Shown one piece after another: positions 39,540 to 52,000 of a stretch of 64,000 nt of DNA. Made by a program: the position numbers and the translations under genes. The stretch covers positions 147,622,001-147,686,000 of the forward strand of contig NC_043000.1 of NCBI RefSeq assembly GCF_006345805.1. Reading direction: 5' to 3'. Under the pieces are notes generated by a model, which saw nothing but the letters and a program-made list of their open reading frames with translations, was not told the origin of the DNA and made no database searches. The stretch comes from Octopus sinensis. Its lineage: Eukaryota. Positions within the stretch are counted from its first letter, which is position 1; the number at the start of each line of letters is the position of its first letter.

Positions 39540-39540
<1 letters not shown>
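39428..39540 (-). rRNA. 5S rRNA-derived copy (retro-pseudogene or SINE head), first ~7 nt missing
   Basis: Minus strand reads GCCATATCACGTTGAAAGCACCGGTTCTCGTCTGATCACCGCAGTTAAGCAACGTCGAGCCTAGTCAGTACTTAGATGGGTGACCGCTTGGGAAACCTAGGTGCAGTAAGCAT, a mollusc-type 5S. No oligo-T terminator. Confidence 0.9.
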
Positions 39541-39588
<48 letters not shown>

Positions 39589-40169
39589 CATATGTTTTGC
39601 CACATGCAGGTATTAAAATAATACTATACGTCACTTTTGTGTATACATTTATGTATATGTATATGTGGATATATGTATGTATAGACATATATCCCCAACT
39701 GCTATCCCATCTCAACCTATATATAACTTTCCTTCCATACATTCTTGCATCCTCTTATCCTACCACCCTTCCCATTCTTCTGTCATTCCTTCTCTCTTCT
39801 ATTCACCTTGTACTTTAAGGGCTAACCTTGACACATTAATTCTCTCTCTAGCTCCATCCTAATTACTCTTACTATTGTGAGGCTACCATATATCTCTTCT
39901 ACAGCAAGAGGCATGTTCTTGCTCACACTGATGTGCATCACATACACACACGTGCATGCAAATAGTTCTTTTAATTTGTCTTCCAAATCCACTCATAAGG
40001 CTTTGGTTGGCTCAGGGCTATTATAGAAAGCATTTGCCCAATTGTCTATACATTGGAACTGCATAGTTTCCTCTCATGACAGGGATACATTTTACCTATT
40101 CTTAAAACTAATGTATGCCCATGTGTGTATATGTTATATACATCTTCATGCATGTAATATGTGTGAATA

Positions 40170-40380
40170 AGGCAGCGAACTAGCAGAAACGTTAGTACGC
40201 TGGGCGAATACTTAGCAGTATTTCACCTGTCTTTACATTCTGAGTTCAAATTCCTCTGAGGTTGACTTTGCCTTTCATCTTTTCCAGGTCGATAAATTAA
40301 GAACCAGTTGCATACTGGGGTTGATCTTATTGACTGGCCTCCTCCCGGAAAATTTCAGGTCTTGTGCTTAGAGTAAAAAA
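40170..40380 (+). mobile_element. SINE family C, diverged
   Basis: GAGTTCAAATTCC...GGTTGACTTTGCCTTTCATC...GGTCGATAAATTAAG. Confidence 0.7.
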
Positions 40381-41264
40381 AAGAATGTTCATGTATTTGT
40401 GTATTATCTTGGCTTTTTCTTGTTTGTTGGGTTAAAAAGGACTTCTTGAAGCAGTGTTTCACAGTCAGTTGTTTTTCCTAATGCCAGCTGTTTTAGTAAT
40501 TTCTTGTCACGTGTATCTGCTGCAAACATGTGTTAGTGTGTTTGTATTGCTGTTTGCGTATGTGTGCATAGCAATGGCTACACACACAATTATCATCGTT
40601 TAATGTCTTGTCTATGCTGGCATGGGTTTGACCAGGGTTGATAAAGCTAAGGGGCTGCATCCGACTCCACTCTGATTAGCATGGTTTCTATGGCTGGATG
40701 CCCTTCCTAATACCAACCTCTCTGTGAGTGTAATGGGTGCTTTTACGTGCCACTGGCAGTTGCATAACACCAGTATCTGCCATGACTGCAATTTCACTCG
40801 ACTTAATGGGTCTTCTTCTCAAGCACAGCATATTGATAAAGGTCTCAGACATTTGGTCACTGCCTCCATTGGTTTAATGTCCATTTTTCCATGCTTATAT
40901 AGGTCAAACAATTCTTTTGAGGCAAATTTTCTATAGTCAGATGCCATTCTTGTCACCAACCCACACGTGTTTCCAAGCCAAGTAATATTTCCCCATGGCT
41001 GGACATGTTTTTGTGGAAGACTGGAATTGAAGAACACTGCTTGTACAAGGTGACAACTGCTGCATGATGTCAAGACAAGAAACATGGTTTTGGTTGACTT
41101 TGGGCTATACTACTGGACACTTCCCCAAGATTAGAAATTGAACCATTGTTATCCTGCTAGCTCCTTCACAACCATTGTTCCCCGTGCACATACATATAAT
41201 ATTAGTGTGGAAAGTAGTTGCATGATAGTAATGCACACACACACACTCTCTCTCTCACACAATT

Positions 41265-41332
<68 letters not shown>

Positions 41333-43140
41333 TGCTTGCATTGGTGAGAAAATTCATCAAATATTTTAAGTTATACACACCCCTTAACATGCTGTTCATA
41401 AAATCTATAAGTCATTTAACCCTTTTGTTACTATATTTTTCACTAAAATACTCACTCCCCAATCCTATGTGTTTTAGTTACAGCCTTATGATTTATTGAT
41501 ATTAAATTTGACAATTTTTCTCAAAGTTAATCTAACTACAGGTAAATCCAGCAAAATATAAAATTATTTAAATTTTGTCTAAACATCACTATGGGCTATT
41601 AGCTACTATTTTACTACGTGTAATGAAGGACCATAATTTTCTCCCCCACATTGGTGACCAGTGTCTTGCACGTGCAAGTATTGACATAATTTGAAAAACT
41701 GACCACCGAAAGGTTCAGCTATACTTCAGTAGTTTGTAATCCTGGGTATCTTTCTAATTCCTCTTATGTTTATAGCAAAAAATAAAAAGTCTCTCATTTC
41801 CTCCAGGCATGTAGGAGACCATAAACTGTAATTTTTTCTTTATTTATATTATGTTAAAGTTTGTTTCTGCTGTTATTGTTTGGAACAGTTGAAGAGATAA
41901 AAAGAAATAGTTGATTGTTTTTAGCTTAGTGGAAAGCCTGAGAGACTTCTGCTTCTTCTGAGAAAAATCTTTTAAGATAAATACTTTTTAAATTCCTACT
42001 CCATTTTGTTTCTAGTAGAAACTCAGATCTGCCATCATCATTATTAGAACTTTTGTCAGAGTTAGAAGTTAGATATCTAATTCTCTTTTCTGTGCATGGT
42101 TATGCATATTTCATTTGATTTTTTTCTGTAGTTTCTCAATGACTATTTGTGAATGTGAATTTGCATACATTTTTTCTTTCACTCATAAAATATTACAGAT
42201 AATGTAGTTGTTACTGTGTGGAAAAAAAATATTGAAAACTTGGAGAGTACAATTATCTTAAACTATTAAGCAGTTTATCTATTGAAGCTACGTTTTCTAC
42301 ACATATAGTAGCGAAATTCTTGTTGAAATTCTCATTTAATTATGAATAGCTTGTTTTGGGAAGGTTTTATGGTAACAGAATATTAAATATGGTATCAAGA
42401 ATGACAGTTGTCATCAACTCAATACCAATTGTATATCCATTTTCTTGTTTACTACTAGTGTTTATCTTCCATAGTTGTATTGTGTAATGGAGATGACTAA
42501 AACAGCAAATTAGTTAATTTAAAAAATTATATATTTCAGTTTGCAATTATGATATCTAATCATGCCAGGATTGTCTCCTCCAGCAAGAATTGACAATCAA
42601 CTAAGCTATATTTTCATTTCTGTTCAAAAGAAAGTTAGCATGGTCGGAACCATTAAATGCATATTCAAAATCAAATATTCCCCTTTTTCAGGTGATTAAA
42701 AAGTTTTTTAAAATTCATTAGAAATGTTAAGAGTATTATCCACACATCTAGGGACAGCTCTCCTCCCACCTACATATTTTGCATTAAACCAAAGATGTCT
42801 ACTATAACAAGGGTTTTTTTTTCCTTTTGAACTTGATTGTCTGCAGCCTTCACTAAAACACACTAGTTTCATTGGGCTTTTTTTATTTTTTAAATCCAGC
42901 CATCTTATTTGTCTACATTTTCCCCTACCAATGGTTTTTTTCACTTAAATATGTATTTACAAATCTGTACATATATTAACATGGAAAGCAACCATAAAAC
43001 TGTGGACGTAATGTTTATGTTTAGATATATGCATCTCTGATACAGATTACATATGTGTGTTATGTATATCATATGCGTATTGAACAGTAAAGTAGATGTA
43101 TTTTTTTTAAATCTCTCAATTATTTTCCATTTTTTTCCAG

Positions 43141-43191
43141 AGATTTTAGACCTGGTGCTAAATGTGAATACACAACACAAGTGCAGTTGAG
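43141..43191 (+). CDS. PIAS: PIAS exon, PINIT domain (RDFRPGAKCEYTTQVQLR)
   Basis: ttttttccag acceptor, AG|GTGAGT donor, QVQLR motif. Confidence 0.95.
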
Positions 43192-43330
43192 GTGAGTAAT
43201 TATTTTAAGGCCTTTATTGTTCCATGTACAAAAATATTTCAATTTTGCTTTGTTGTTTTATCAGCTCAAATATTCAGTGTGTTAATATTTTGAGTGTTTA
43301 GTACTGAGTGACACACTTATATTTTTATAG

Positions 43331-43421
43331 ATTTTGCCTTTTGGAAACAAGCTGCGAACAAGATGACAACTTCCCTCCAAGTATATGTGTGAGAGTGAAT
43401 GGGAAACTCGCGACATTGCCA
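43331..43421 (+). CDS. PIAS: PIAS exon, PINIT domain (RFCLLETSCEQDDNFPPSICVRVNGKLATLP)
   Basis: tttatag acceptor, GTAAGT donor, FCL-ETSC-Q-D-FP motif. Confidence 0.96.
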
Positions 43422-43579
43422 GTAAGTGAACAATATTTATTGTGGAATTTTTTATAAAGTATTTAGATTTTGCATATCAATGACAAATGTTTTTTCTTGA
43501 TTTTGTCTTTTATAGTGTATATTTTTTGAGTGTCTTTTATTTATTGGGTTATTGTAACAAAAAATTATTTCATTTTCAG

Positions 43580-43714
43580 AATCCAATACCAACAACTAAA
43601 CCTGGTGTGGAGCCCAAACGTCCAGGACGTCCAGTTGACATCACAGCTTTATGCCGGTTGTCACCAACAGTGCCCAATCATGTTGACGTGTCATGGGCTT
43701 CAGAGTTTGGACGG
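43580..43714 (+). CDS. PIAS: PIAS exon with PINIT-motif equivalent PVDIT (NPIPTTKPGVEPKRPGRPVDITALCRLSPTVPNHVDVSWASEFGR)
   Basis: ttttcag acceptor, CGG|GTTTGT donor, GVEPKRP-RP..IT...LSPT..N motif. Confidence 0.96.
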
Positions 43715-43730
43715 GTTTGTACTGTTTTTT

Positions 43731-44122
43731 ACTCTTTTACTTGTTTCAGTCATTTGACTGTGGCCATGCTGGAGCACTGCCTTTAATCAAGCAGCTCGAC
43801 CCTGGGACTTATTCTTTGTAAGCCCAGTACTTATTCTATCGGTCTCTTTTGCCGAACCGCTAAGTTACGGGGACATAAACACACCAGCATCGGTCGTCAA
43901 GCAATGCTAAGGGGACAAACACAGACACACACATACATATATATATATATACACATATATGACAGGCTTCTTTCAGTTTCCGTCTACCAAATCCACTCAC
44001 AAGGCATTGGTCGGCCCGGGGCTATAGCAGAAGACACTTGCCCAAGATGCAATGCAGTGGGACTGAACCCGGAACTATGTGGTTGGTTAGCAAGCTACTT
44101 ACCACACAGCCACTCCTGCGCC
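43731..44122 (-). mobile_element. SINE family A, starting ~16 nt after the splice donor at 43715
   Basis: Reverse complement of family A; makes up most of a 523-nt intron. Confidence 0.9.
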
Positions 44123-44237
44123 TAGAAAGTATTCATGTTGCATTTATCTTGTTTCACTTCAGATTTTGAACCATAACTATGTGGTATTTTAACATGCTGA
44201 TATTGAAATGTTCAGTGTCGTTCCTTTTCTGTCCCAG

Positions 44238-44343
44238 GGTTACTGTGTTGCAGTTTACTTGGTGAAAAAGCTTACCTCTGACATTCTACTACAAAGATTA
44301 AAACAGTTTGGTAACCGCCATCCAGATCATTCCAGAGCTTTGA
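44238..44343 (+). CDS. PIAS: PIAS exon (GYCVAVYLVKKLTSDILLQRLKQFGNRHPDHSRAL)
   Basis: gtcccag acceptor, A|GTGAGT donor, VYLV..LTS..LLQRL...PDHSRAL motif. Confidence 0.96.
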
Positions 44344-44603
44344 GTGAGTATATTTTTACTTTTGTAAATATGATTTTTAGTTAATAAATTTTTTATATTT
44401 TAAAATTAAAAGTTGGAGTAACTTGAACAGCATTTACAGAAACTTAATACTAATTTTGAGAAGATCATTATGTACAATAATATTGTTAGTGGAAACTTTC
44501 TGTAAGTGCTAATAATATAATTTTAGCATAGTGGTACTATCAATGTGAAGTATGAATAAATTCAACTAAAATGTTTTTATCATAATTATTTCTTGAACTA
44601 TAG

Positions 44604-44677
44604 TTAAAGAAAAATTACAACATGATCCAGACAGTGAAATTGCAACTACTAGCCTTAGAGTATCATTGATGTGTCCA
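44604..44677 (+). CDS. PIAS: PIAS exon, start of SP-RING (IKEKLQHDPDSEIATTSLRVSLMCP)
   Basis: tag acceptor, GTGAGT donor, DPDSEIATTSLRVSL-CP signature. Confidence 0.97.
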
Positions 44678-44840
44678 GTGAGTATTATATATATTTTCCT
44701 TTTAATTTTCTTTGTTTATATGATCATCTTTAGGTGGTTTTTCAATTGGTTCATACTCTATGGTTAACTTTCTTGGTTATTGCTAAATATTTATTGTTTT
44801 TTTAAGTTTCCCTATTTAATGAAGATATTTTTTTAAAGAA

Positions 44841-45257
44841 TACTCTTTTACTCTTTACTCTTTTACTTGTTTCAGTCAGTTGACTGCGGCCATGCTGGAG
44901 CACCACCTTTAGTCGAGCAAATCGACCCCGGGACTTATTCTTTGTAAGCCCAGTACTTATTCTTTCGGTCTCTTTTGCCGAACCGCTAAGTGACAGGGAC
45001 GTAAACACACCAGCATCGGTTGTCAAGCAATGCTAGGGGGACAAACACAGACACACAAACATATACACACACACTTATATATATATACATATATACGACA
45101 GGCTTCTTTCAGTTTCTGTCTACCAAATCCACTCACAAGGCATTGGTCGGCCCGGGGCTATAGCAGAAGACACTTGCCCAAGATGCCACGCAGTGGGACT
45201 GAACCCGGAACCATGTGGTTGGTTAGCAAGCTACTTACCACACAGCCACTCCTGCGC
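44841..45257 (-). mobile_element. SINE family A, full length
   Basis: Reverse complement of family A with a repeated TACTCTTT tail. Confidence 0.9.
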
Positions 45258-45586
45258 TACATTGCACATAAAACTATTAATTGATCTATCATTTAATTAA
45301 AATTTGCTTCATCATTATTTTAGCATCTACTTTTCTATGCTCACATGGGTCAGACAAAATTCATTAATGCCATCAGATTTTCAATGGCTTGGATACCCTT
45401 CCTGTCAGCAACCCTCACCTGTTTCCAAGTAAGGTGATAGTTCTCCATGGACAGACACTGCATGATGGTCGTGTTTGTTAACAACTATCATGTGATGTTA
45501 ATGTAATCAACAAATTTGTTGTTTGCTTTTAAGGGATTTGTCATTAAAAGGGTTTTATCAGATTTGTGTATTTATTTATTTTACAG

Positions 45587-45747
45587 CTTGGAAAAATGCG
45601 TCTTCAGATTCCCTGTCGTTGCAGTACATGTACACATTTACAGTGTTTTGATGCTTTCACATTTCTTATGATGAATGAGAAGAAACCTACATGGATCTGC
45701 CCTGTCTGTGATAAATCTGCAGCATTTGATAAACTTATTATTGACGG
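45587..45747 (+). CDS. PIAS: PIAS exon, SP-RING (zf-MIZ) core ([54 protein letters not shown])
   Basis: ttttacag acceptor, GG|GTAAAT donor, C-x-H-x2-C...W-x-CP-x-C SP-RING pattern. Confidence 0.98.
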
Positions 45748-45995
45748 GTAAATATATTAACAGCTTATATTATAATTCAAAGTAATTTGAAGCTAATAAA
45801 TATAGTTTGTGTAAAATTATCTTACTTTCAATCTCCCTAGATTGTTTTAGATTTGAAACAATCTGATATTGACTTGAAAAAGTCACAATGTTTGAGAGGT
45901 GAGCCTGCATTGTTCCAATATGAGTTGAGGTTAGTGTGTTTTTCTCAGTTATGAGTTAGATGGTCAATATCATAGTGATCATTTCTCTCTTTCAG

Positions 45996-46135
45996 ATTAT
46001 TTGTGGAAATTCTTCAACAGTCTGCTGGTTGTACAGAAATTCAATTTGGTGAAGATGGTTCTTGGAGTCCTTTGAAGGCTGTAAAAGAAACATTACTTAT
46101 CAGCAGCCCAGTTATTAAAAGCTCATCAATACCAG
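45996..46135 (+). CDS. PIAS: PIAS exon after SP-RING (LFVEILQQSAGCTEIQFGEDGSWSPLKAVKETLLISSPVIKSSSIP)
   Basis: ctttcag acceptor, G|GTAAAA donor, LF.EIL....EIQF..DGSW motif. Confidence 0.95.
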
Positions 46136-47379
46136 GTAAAATGAAAACGATTTGCCTTCAGTTTTGGTGGGTGGGTGGGTGTGTGGTGATTTTGACTGGA
46201 TTCTTTGCTAACCATTACTCTGTTCTCAAGAGAAAGTAAAAGGCTTGTCCTTTGGTTTTGTGTGTGAATAAACAAGTTATCACAGGTAAGGATACTCAGT
46301 AGCCAAAGAATAAAATTGTTTACTGGGATTCTTTTTTCCTACCAACCTGTTAATCAAGAATTCAGATTATAAGGCACATAAACTCCTACATAGTCAAGTC
46401 TCAAAGCAACTTCAATCAATTCTATCCAAATATAAAACTTGGTCACTTGAGCTGAATTAGTTATTTCTTGGAAGTGTTTAACAACTGGTGTTTGAGATGA
46501 ATATTGCATGGTCATCTCATTGTAGAGGTATGTGAATATCTCTGGGTATATTTTCTTAAAGCCATTATTATTTTTCTCCAAGTCCGGCAGCTACAGCATT
46601 AGTACTGATGTGTAGAGAACTGAAGAGGTTTCCAGATAACATTGATTGGTTTCAGCCCCCCACTGCATGTTATCTTGGGCAAATGTCTTCTGTTATAGCT
46701 TGGATGGGGGTTTATTAATAGATGGAAGCTGAAATAAGACCATCATGTGGGGTTGTTTGTGTTCCCTTGTTTCAATATCATATGGGGTTATAAATCAGAT
46801 GCATTGTCACTAGAGGAGTGCTATTCATTTCTAGTATTCTGTTAAAACATGTCTGGCCAAGGAGAACTATTACCTAGCTTGGAAACAGGTGAGGGGTGAC
46901 TATAGGAAGGACATCTGGCCATAGAAAATAATGCAAGCATGAAAACATTGCCAGATCAGACTGGGCCTGGTGCAGCCTTCTGGCTTCCCAGACCCCAGTT
47001 GAACCATCCAACCCATGCTAGCATGGAAAGCAGATGCTAAATGATGATGGTGATGATGAAAAGAGGACATTAAAATGATGGCATATTGGAAATATGTTTG
47101 TTGCATTGACTAAAAGAAATAGAATAACATCTTACCTAAAAATCATTTTAATGACTATTTTTAGAATACAGGTATTTGTCTATCTCTACATTTTAAAGCT
47201 TAATTTTGGAAAGTCATGTATGCTGAATGTATTAACTTCTTTAGAATAGGAGGCTGAGAACGGCCCCCAATGCCTTTTATACAAAATCAAAAGTATGTTC
47301 TTGAAATCTTATTTTTCTAAATAATTCAATTTTCTGAAGTTATTGCTTCCAAAACTTGTGTATATTTTATTTTTAAAAG

Positions 47380-47576
47380 GATCACCTGAGAAAAAAGCAA
47401 GTCCACAGCAAGATGTGATTGATTTGACTATGGATTCCTCATCTGACGAGGAAGATCTCACACAGCATGTTACTCCATCACGAACTCCAAGTACATCACA
47501 AACCAGTAATTCTTCAGGGTGTGTGAGTCCATATGTTATTCCTATTGGCACGCCATCTCCTCCCTCACACTTCTGA
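47380..47576 (+). CDS. PIAS: PIAS SIM exon (DVIDLT-MDSSSDEED); reads through to TGA for a short isoform, or splices at internal donors 47519/47521/47523
   Basis: Phase-1 aag acceptor. VIDLT + Ser/acidic tract is the PIAS phospho-SIM. Frame stays open to the stop at 47574-47576. Confidence 0.92.
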
Positions 47577-48504
47577 ATGCTGTCTGTGACCACACTGTAC
47601 AGACTTCAACATTGCCTTGAACTGTTTAAGCTGCATGTTGTTTCGACTTGATGGCTGGACTTTGTATATACATAGATATTCCATTTAAGCACAGAAACTT
47701 GCAATTTCTCTTTTTTGCAAAACTTAGTTTAATAGAATGTTTTTTAAATTCAAGATACTTATCTTGTTTAGATGTCTACATACTTGCAATTCTGGCTTAT
47801 CATCACTTGGTTATTCCATACAACATGTATCTACAATTATTTTAAATTACATTTCCCTCTCCTCACATTTGTATAAATTGTCTAAAAGAAAGAAAAAGAA
47901 AGTTTATATAGACCAAATGGAGAAAAAAAATGATTTCCCTCTATATATAACTTATTAGATCTCTCTACCTGCACTCTTCCATTACTTTGGTCATTTTCAG
48001 TTAGTTACATTGTACGCATATATGTTGCAGAGAGAATGTATGTGTTTAAAGATATATATACACTCACATACATATTTTTGTCATTTCCCCGCCCCCACCC
48101 CCTTCACATTCATTTAATTGTAATATATTTTGACATTTGGTAAAAATTCTCCCTCCATCATTGTCCTCATCTTTTTTGTCTCTTCATCATTCCATTTTAA
48201 TTGTTTTATGGTATCAGATTTGTTTATATCATACATCTGAGAACAAATGTAAGTTGGTTTTAATACATTTTTGTTACTCTTGTTCAACAATTCTTGAATA
48301 ACAGCAGTGAGGTCCTGATTTGCCTCAAATGCTTTGATTTATAGTCTCTATAGTCTTGAAGTGGACTGGTTTGGGTAAACAGATTTTTCAGATCTTTAAA
48401 TCAACTAAGTATAATTAAAATATTGATGAATTTGTAAAAAAAATTATATTCAAATGTTTCAATTTTTTTGAAATATTAAGTTGATTAGTCACCCTTATTT
48501 TACC

Positions 48505-48552
<48 letters not shown>

Positions 48553-48908
48553 TTTAAATGGTTCATTTCAGTAGGTTTCTCTGAATTGATATTTTTTATA
48601 ACAAGCATAAAAAAAACTTTTTCGAGTGTCTTATGAAGAATGCAATTTATAAAAATAAATCATTACAGTGAATTAAGAGGACACACTATAAGATAGATAG
48701 GTTATAAAAAATTGTAATCCTTCAATTATATTTTCAACAGGTGTTTAACTCACAATCTGTTTACTAAGGATAATATTGTTATCTAGTTTTGCTGTTTACT
48801 ATCAGGTTGTTTTAAACTGGGTGTTTTTTTTTCTTCTTTTGTTACCTTGTAGTCTTGCTTTCGTTACACATTTGTCATTTTCTCAAACGTTACTGTTTTC
48901 TAGTTTAA

Positions 48909-49084
48909 CCCTTTAGTCTTCAGATTGCTCTGTTAAATATGCTTTTTCACTCAAAATTGTTTTGCATCAATCTTCTAGCTTTGAGGTGTCAATGTAGGTT
49001 ATGTGAGAGACTAGATGTGGTCAGTTTAAATGTAAAACGTTTGGAATATTTGAGCTAGCTATGGCTGTTTTAAACACCAAAAGG
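48909..49084. mobile_element. piggyBac-type MITE family 1, diverged
   Basis: TTAA|CCCTTTAG ... AAAAGG|TTAA, inverted relative to 19463-19683. Confidence 0.65.
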
Positions 49085-52000
49085 TTAAAATATTTTGTAG
49101 ACAATACTTAAATTTTATAATAGGGATTTAATTTAAATGTAATTCTAAATGTTTCTGACGTAGTTATTAAAAGTTGCATTCTTAACTAATTTCTTAGCAT
49201 ATTTAACAAAATCTTCTTAATTTCCTCATCTATAGTATCGTATATCTTAGAACATGTGTACCTCATATTTTTTCATTAAACTCCCCCCTCCCTCCCTTTT
49301 ATTTATTTTGCTTTGTTTGCTCTGGAATCTTTTAAGCGTAAGGTTTTTATAGTTTGGGTTAAATCTTTTTTTTTTTTCACTTTCTCTCCCTCACCCATAT
49401 CTTTCTGACACTTCATTCCCTTTCATCTTCCCCCAAAATACACAAGTTAAAAAATTAGCAACTTAGTAAATAATTCTGCTAAATAAGTTGTTTCTGTAAC
49501 TTTTTTAACATGTGAATGCTACTAATTGAGTTTATGTATTTAGAATATTTTTTGAGTAATTTAGAGTAAATGTCTTTTCGTAAGCATTTTGATCATGGAG
49601 TGCCTTTATATTAAGATTTGTAATATTTTCTTAATAGTTTTTAAAAGTATTTGATTTTTCCAATAAATAACATCTGACTTATTTAGTAATACTGTAGTTT
49701 TAATTTACTTTTTAGTTCAGTTTTTAGCAGTGTAATTATACTTTTGGTAAAATGACAAAAAAAAAAAAAGCATTTAAGAAATATATATGTGAAATTAAAT
49801 CAGGCTAATAAAGAATAATATTTAAATGAATTATTAACTAGAAATAGTTTTCACTGTTTCCTCCCAGTCTGCTCAGGATTATTTATATTCCTTTACTCAT
49901 TACCTGTGATAATTAAATTTATCATTGGTCTCATGATGTAGAGGTGAAAATATTGCTACTGTTATTCCAGAAATTGTTAAACTGATGTTTAATTGTACAC
50001 AAGACAAAAAGGAAACCCTTTTTGTGCCATTGTACTGGAAACTGTTATTTGAGGCTATGCCTCCAACAATGTGCAAGTTCAGTCCTTATGTTCCTAATTG
50101 TTTTACAGATGTACAAGTAATGGCAATAAAGTGGCAGCCATTGGCAGTGAAATTCAAACTATTTCTTTGTTTTGGGTTTTTATTTCATTTATTGAAAACT
50201 TGCAGTCTAGGTTGGTAATAAACATCCCAGTTTTGCTATCAAAACTAGAAAAATTTTAAGTGTTTAATATTATTGCATTTAAAAAAAAATTAGCAATATC
50301 AAATTTTATTTTATCTTTCTTAAAATATATTTTTATATTGCTAATTAGATTTAAATTGGAAGACAAAATTTCAATTAATTAACCTGCCTTTATTGTAATT
50401 GAATTATTTATATAATTTACTTTTAGTTCTTATTTAGAAATTAGAGTACAAAATAAAGGAGTTTTTTTTTTTTTTTTTAAGTTAGTGTAGTAATAAGAAA
50501 CCTTTACAGAATCTTATATTTTTACTAATATTTCAGATGTTATCTACTGGAATAATGAGTGTCAGTGTTTAATTTTCCTGTTTATTGTTGATGCTTTCTC
50601 TTCAACAAATTTAATGGCCTGTTTAATAGTCCAGTATAAGTTAATTAATCTTTCATATTTCAAATATTAATGTCAGTTAAATTACTCAAAAAAAATTATT
50701 AAATCCATCTCATTTACACAAAGATCTGATATGTTATTTAGACAGTCCTTATTTCAAACTGATAGTGGAATATTTAAATTTAAACTATAGTTGCATATTA
50801 TTTGCTTTTATTTAATTAAGACTGGCTATATAGTGATGAATGGATAACTAACTATAATATATTCATGCACATAAAGGCAGATATTTTTTATTTATTATTC
50901 AGTGATCATTTTTAAAGCTTCAAATATTGCAGTATAGAAAATAAACCTGTTTAACTTCATTCCCAACCTGGCTGCTTTTTCAAAGTTTGTATGCAAGACA
51001 TTCAACAAAATTATTTGATGATACAGTTTTTCAGAAAAAGTTGTCAGTAAGTCTGACCCCCTCTTGTTCTTAATGCTCAAGATTTACATATTTAAAAAAT
51101 ATTATCTACTTTATTCAGAGATTTTCTCAACAATGTGCAACTGTTTCTTTAGATCTGTATCTCATTTTGAAATGTCCTGTTATTTCATTTTTGAAACACA
51201 TCTGATTGAAGATTTATCATACAAATTTTTTTTTTCTTTATATTCATTAGAAAGATATGAAAAGTTGCACGCATGCCTAGTGTCAAAAATTGTTTTCAAT
51301 GTATTGACTTAGCTGAAGTTTTCTCAAATCTTTTACTTGCCTACCCAATGCAGGTTGTCCTGTATCAGGTTAGGTTGGTAACTATTCCTAGTTCCAACCT
51401 TTCAGCAGCCTCATTATTTCAACATGATTCCTTTGACCTTGTTATATTAAATTACCTGTGCATCTACAAAGCATAGTTCCCTGCTGTTTGATGCTTCTAA
51501 TTTTCAAGATACCTTACTTCAATCAACATATTGTCCCCATTACACTGTAAAGGCATAATATAGCCAAATCCAAATAGTAGTTTTTGTATTTCACTTCAGT
51601 AACAAGGTCGAAACGATTTTAAATCATTCTTGTCACTCTATACTATCCTCCATAGATTTGGATACTGACCATTTGTGCTGCTGTGCAGAAATTTCTGATA
51701 ATACATTCTGTGCATTAATTTGTTGCAATATGTTTTCATTTAGAATACTGTATTTCATACCTATCTGTCATTTCAGCAAATCTGAACTTGTGCTGAAAAT
51801 CTTATTTTTCTGTCTTTCTCTCTCCCCACAAATTCAAACTCTTGAAGACATGTACATAAACACACTCACACAAACACTGTGCAAGGAAAGATCACTGAAA
51901 AACAATTCACTGCTTACTCAATGTATTGATAATATTTAAGTGTTAACTTTTGATATATATATTCTAGTAATTGTTTAATGAAAAAATATTGAAAAATTTT

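Noticed and set aside
39428-39540. Functional 5S rRNA gene
   Set aside because: The 5' end is missing, several substitutions are present, there is no terminator, it is not in a tandem array, and it is fused to a SINE tail.
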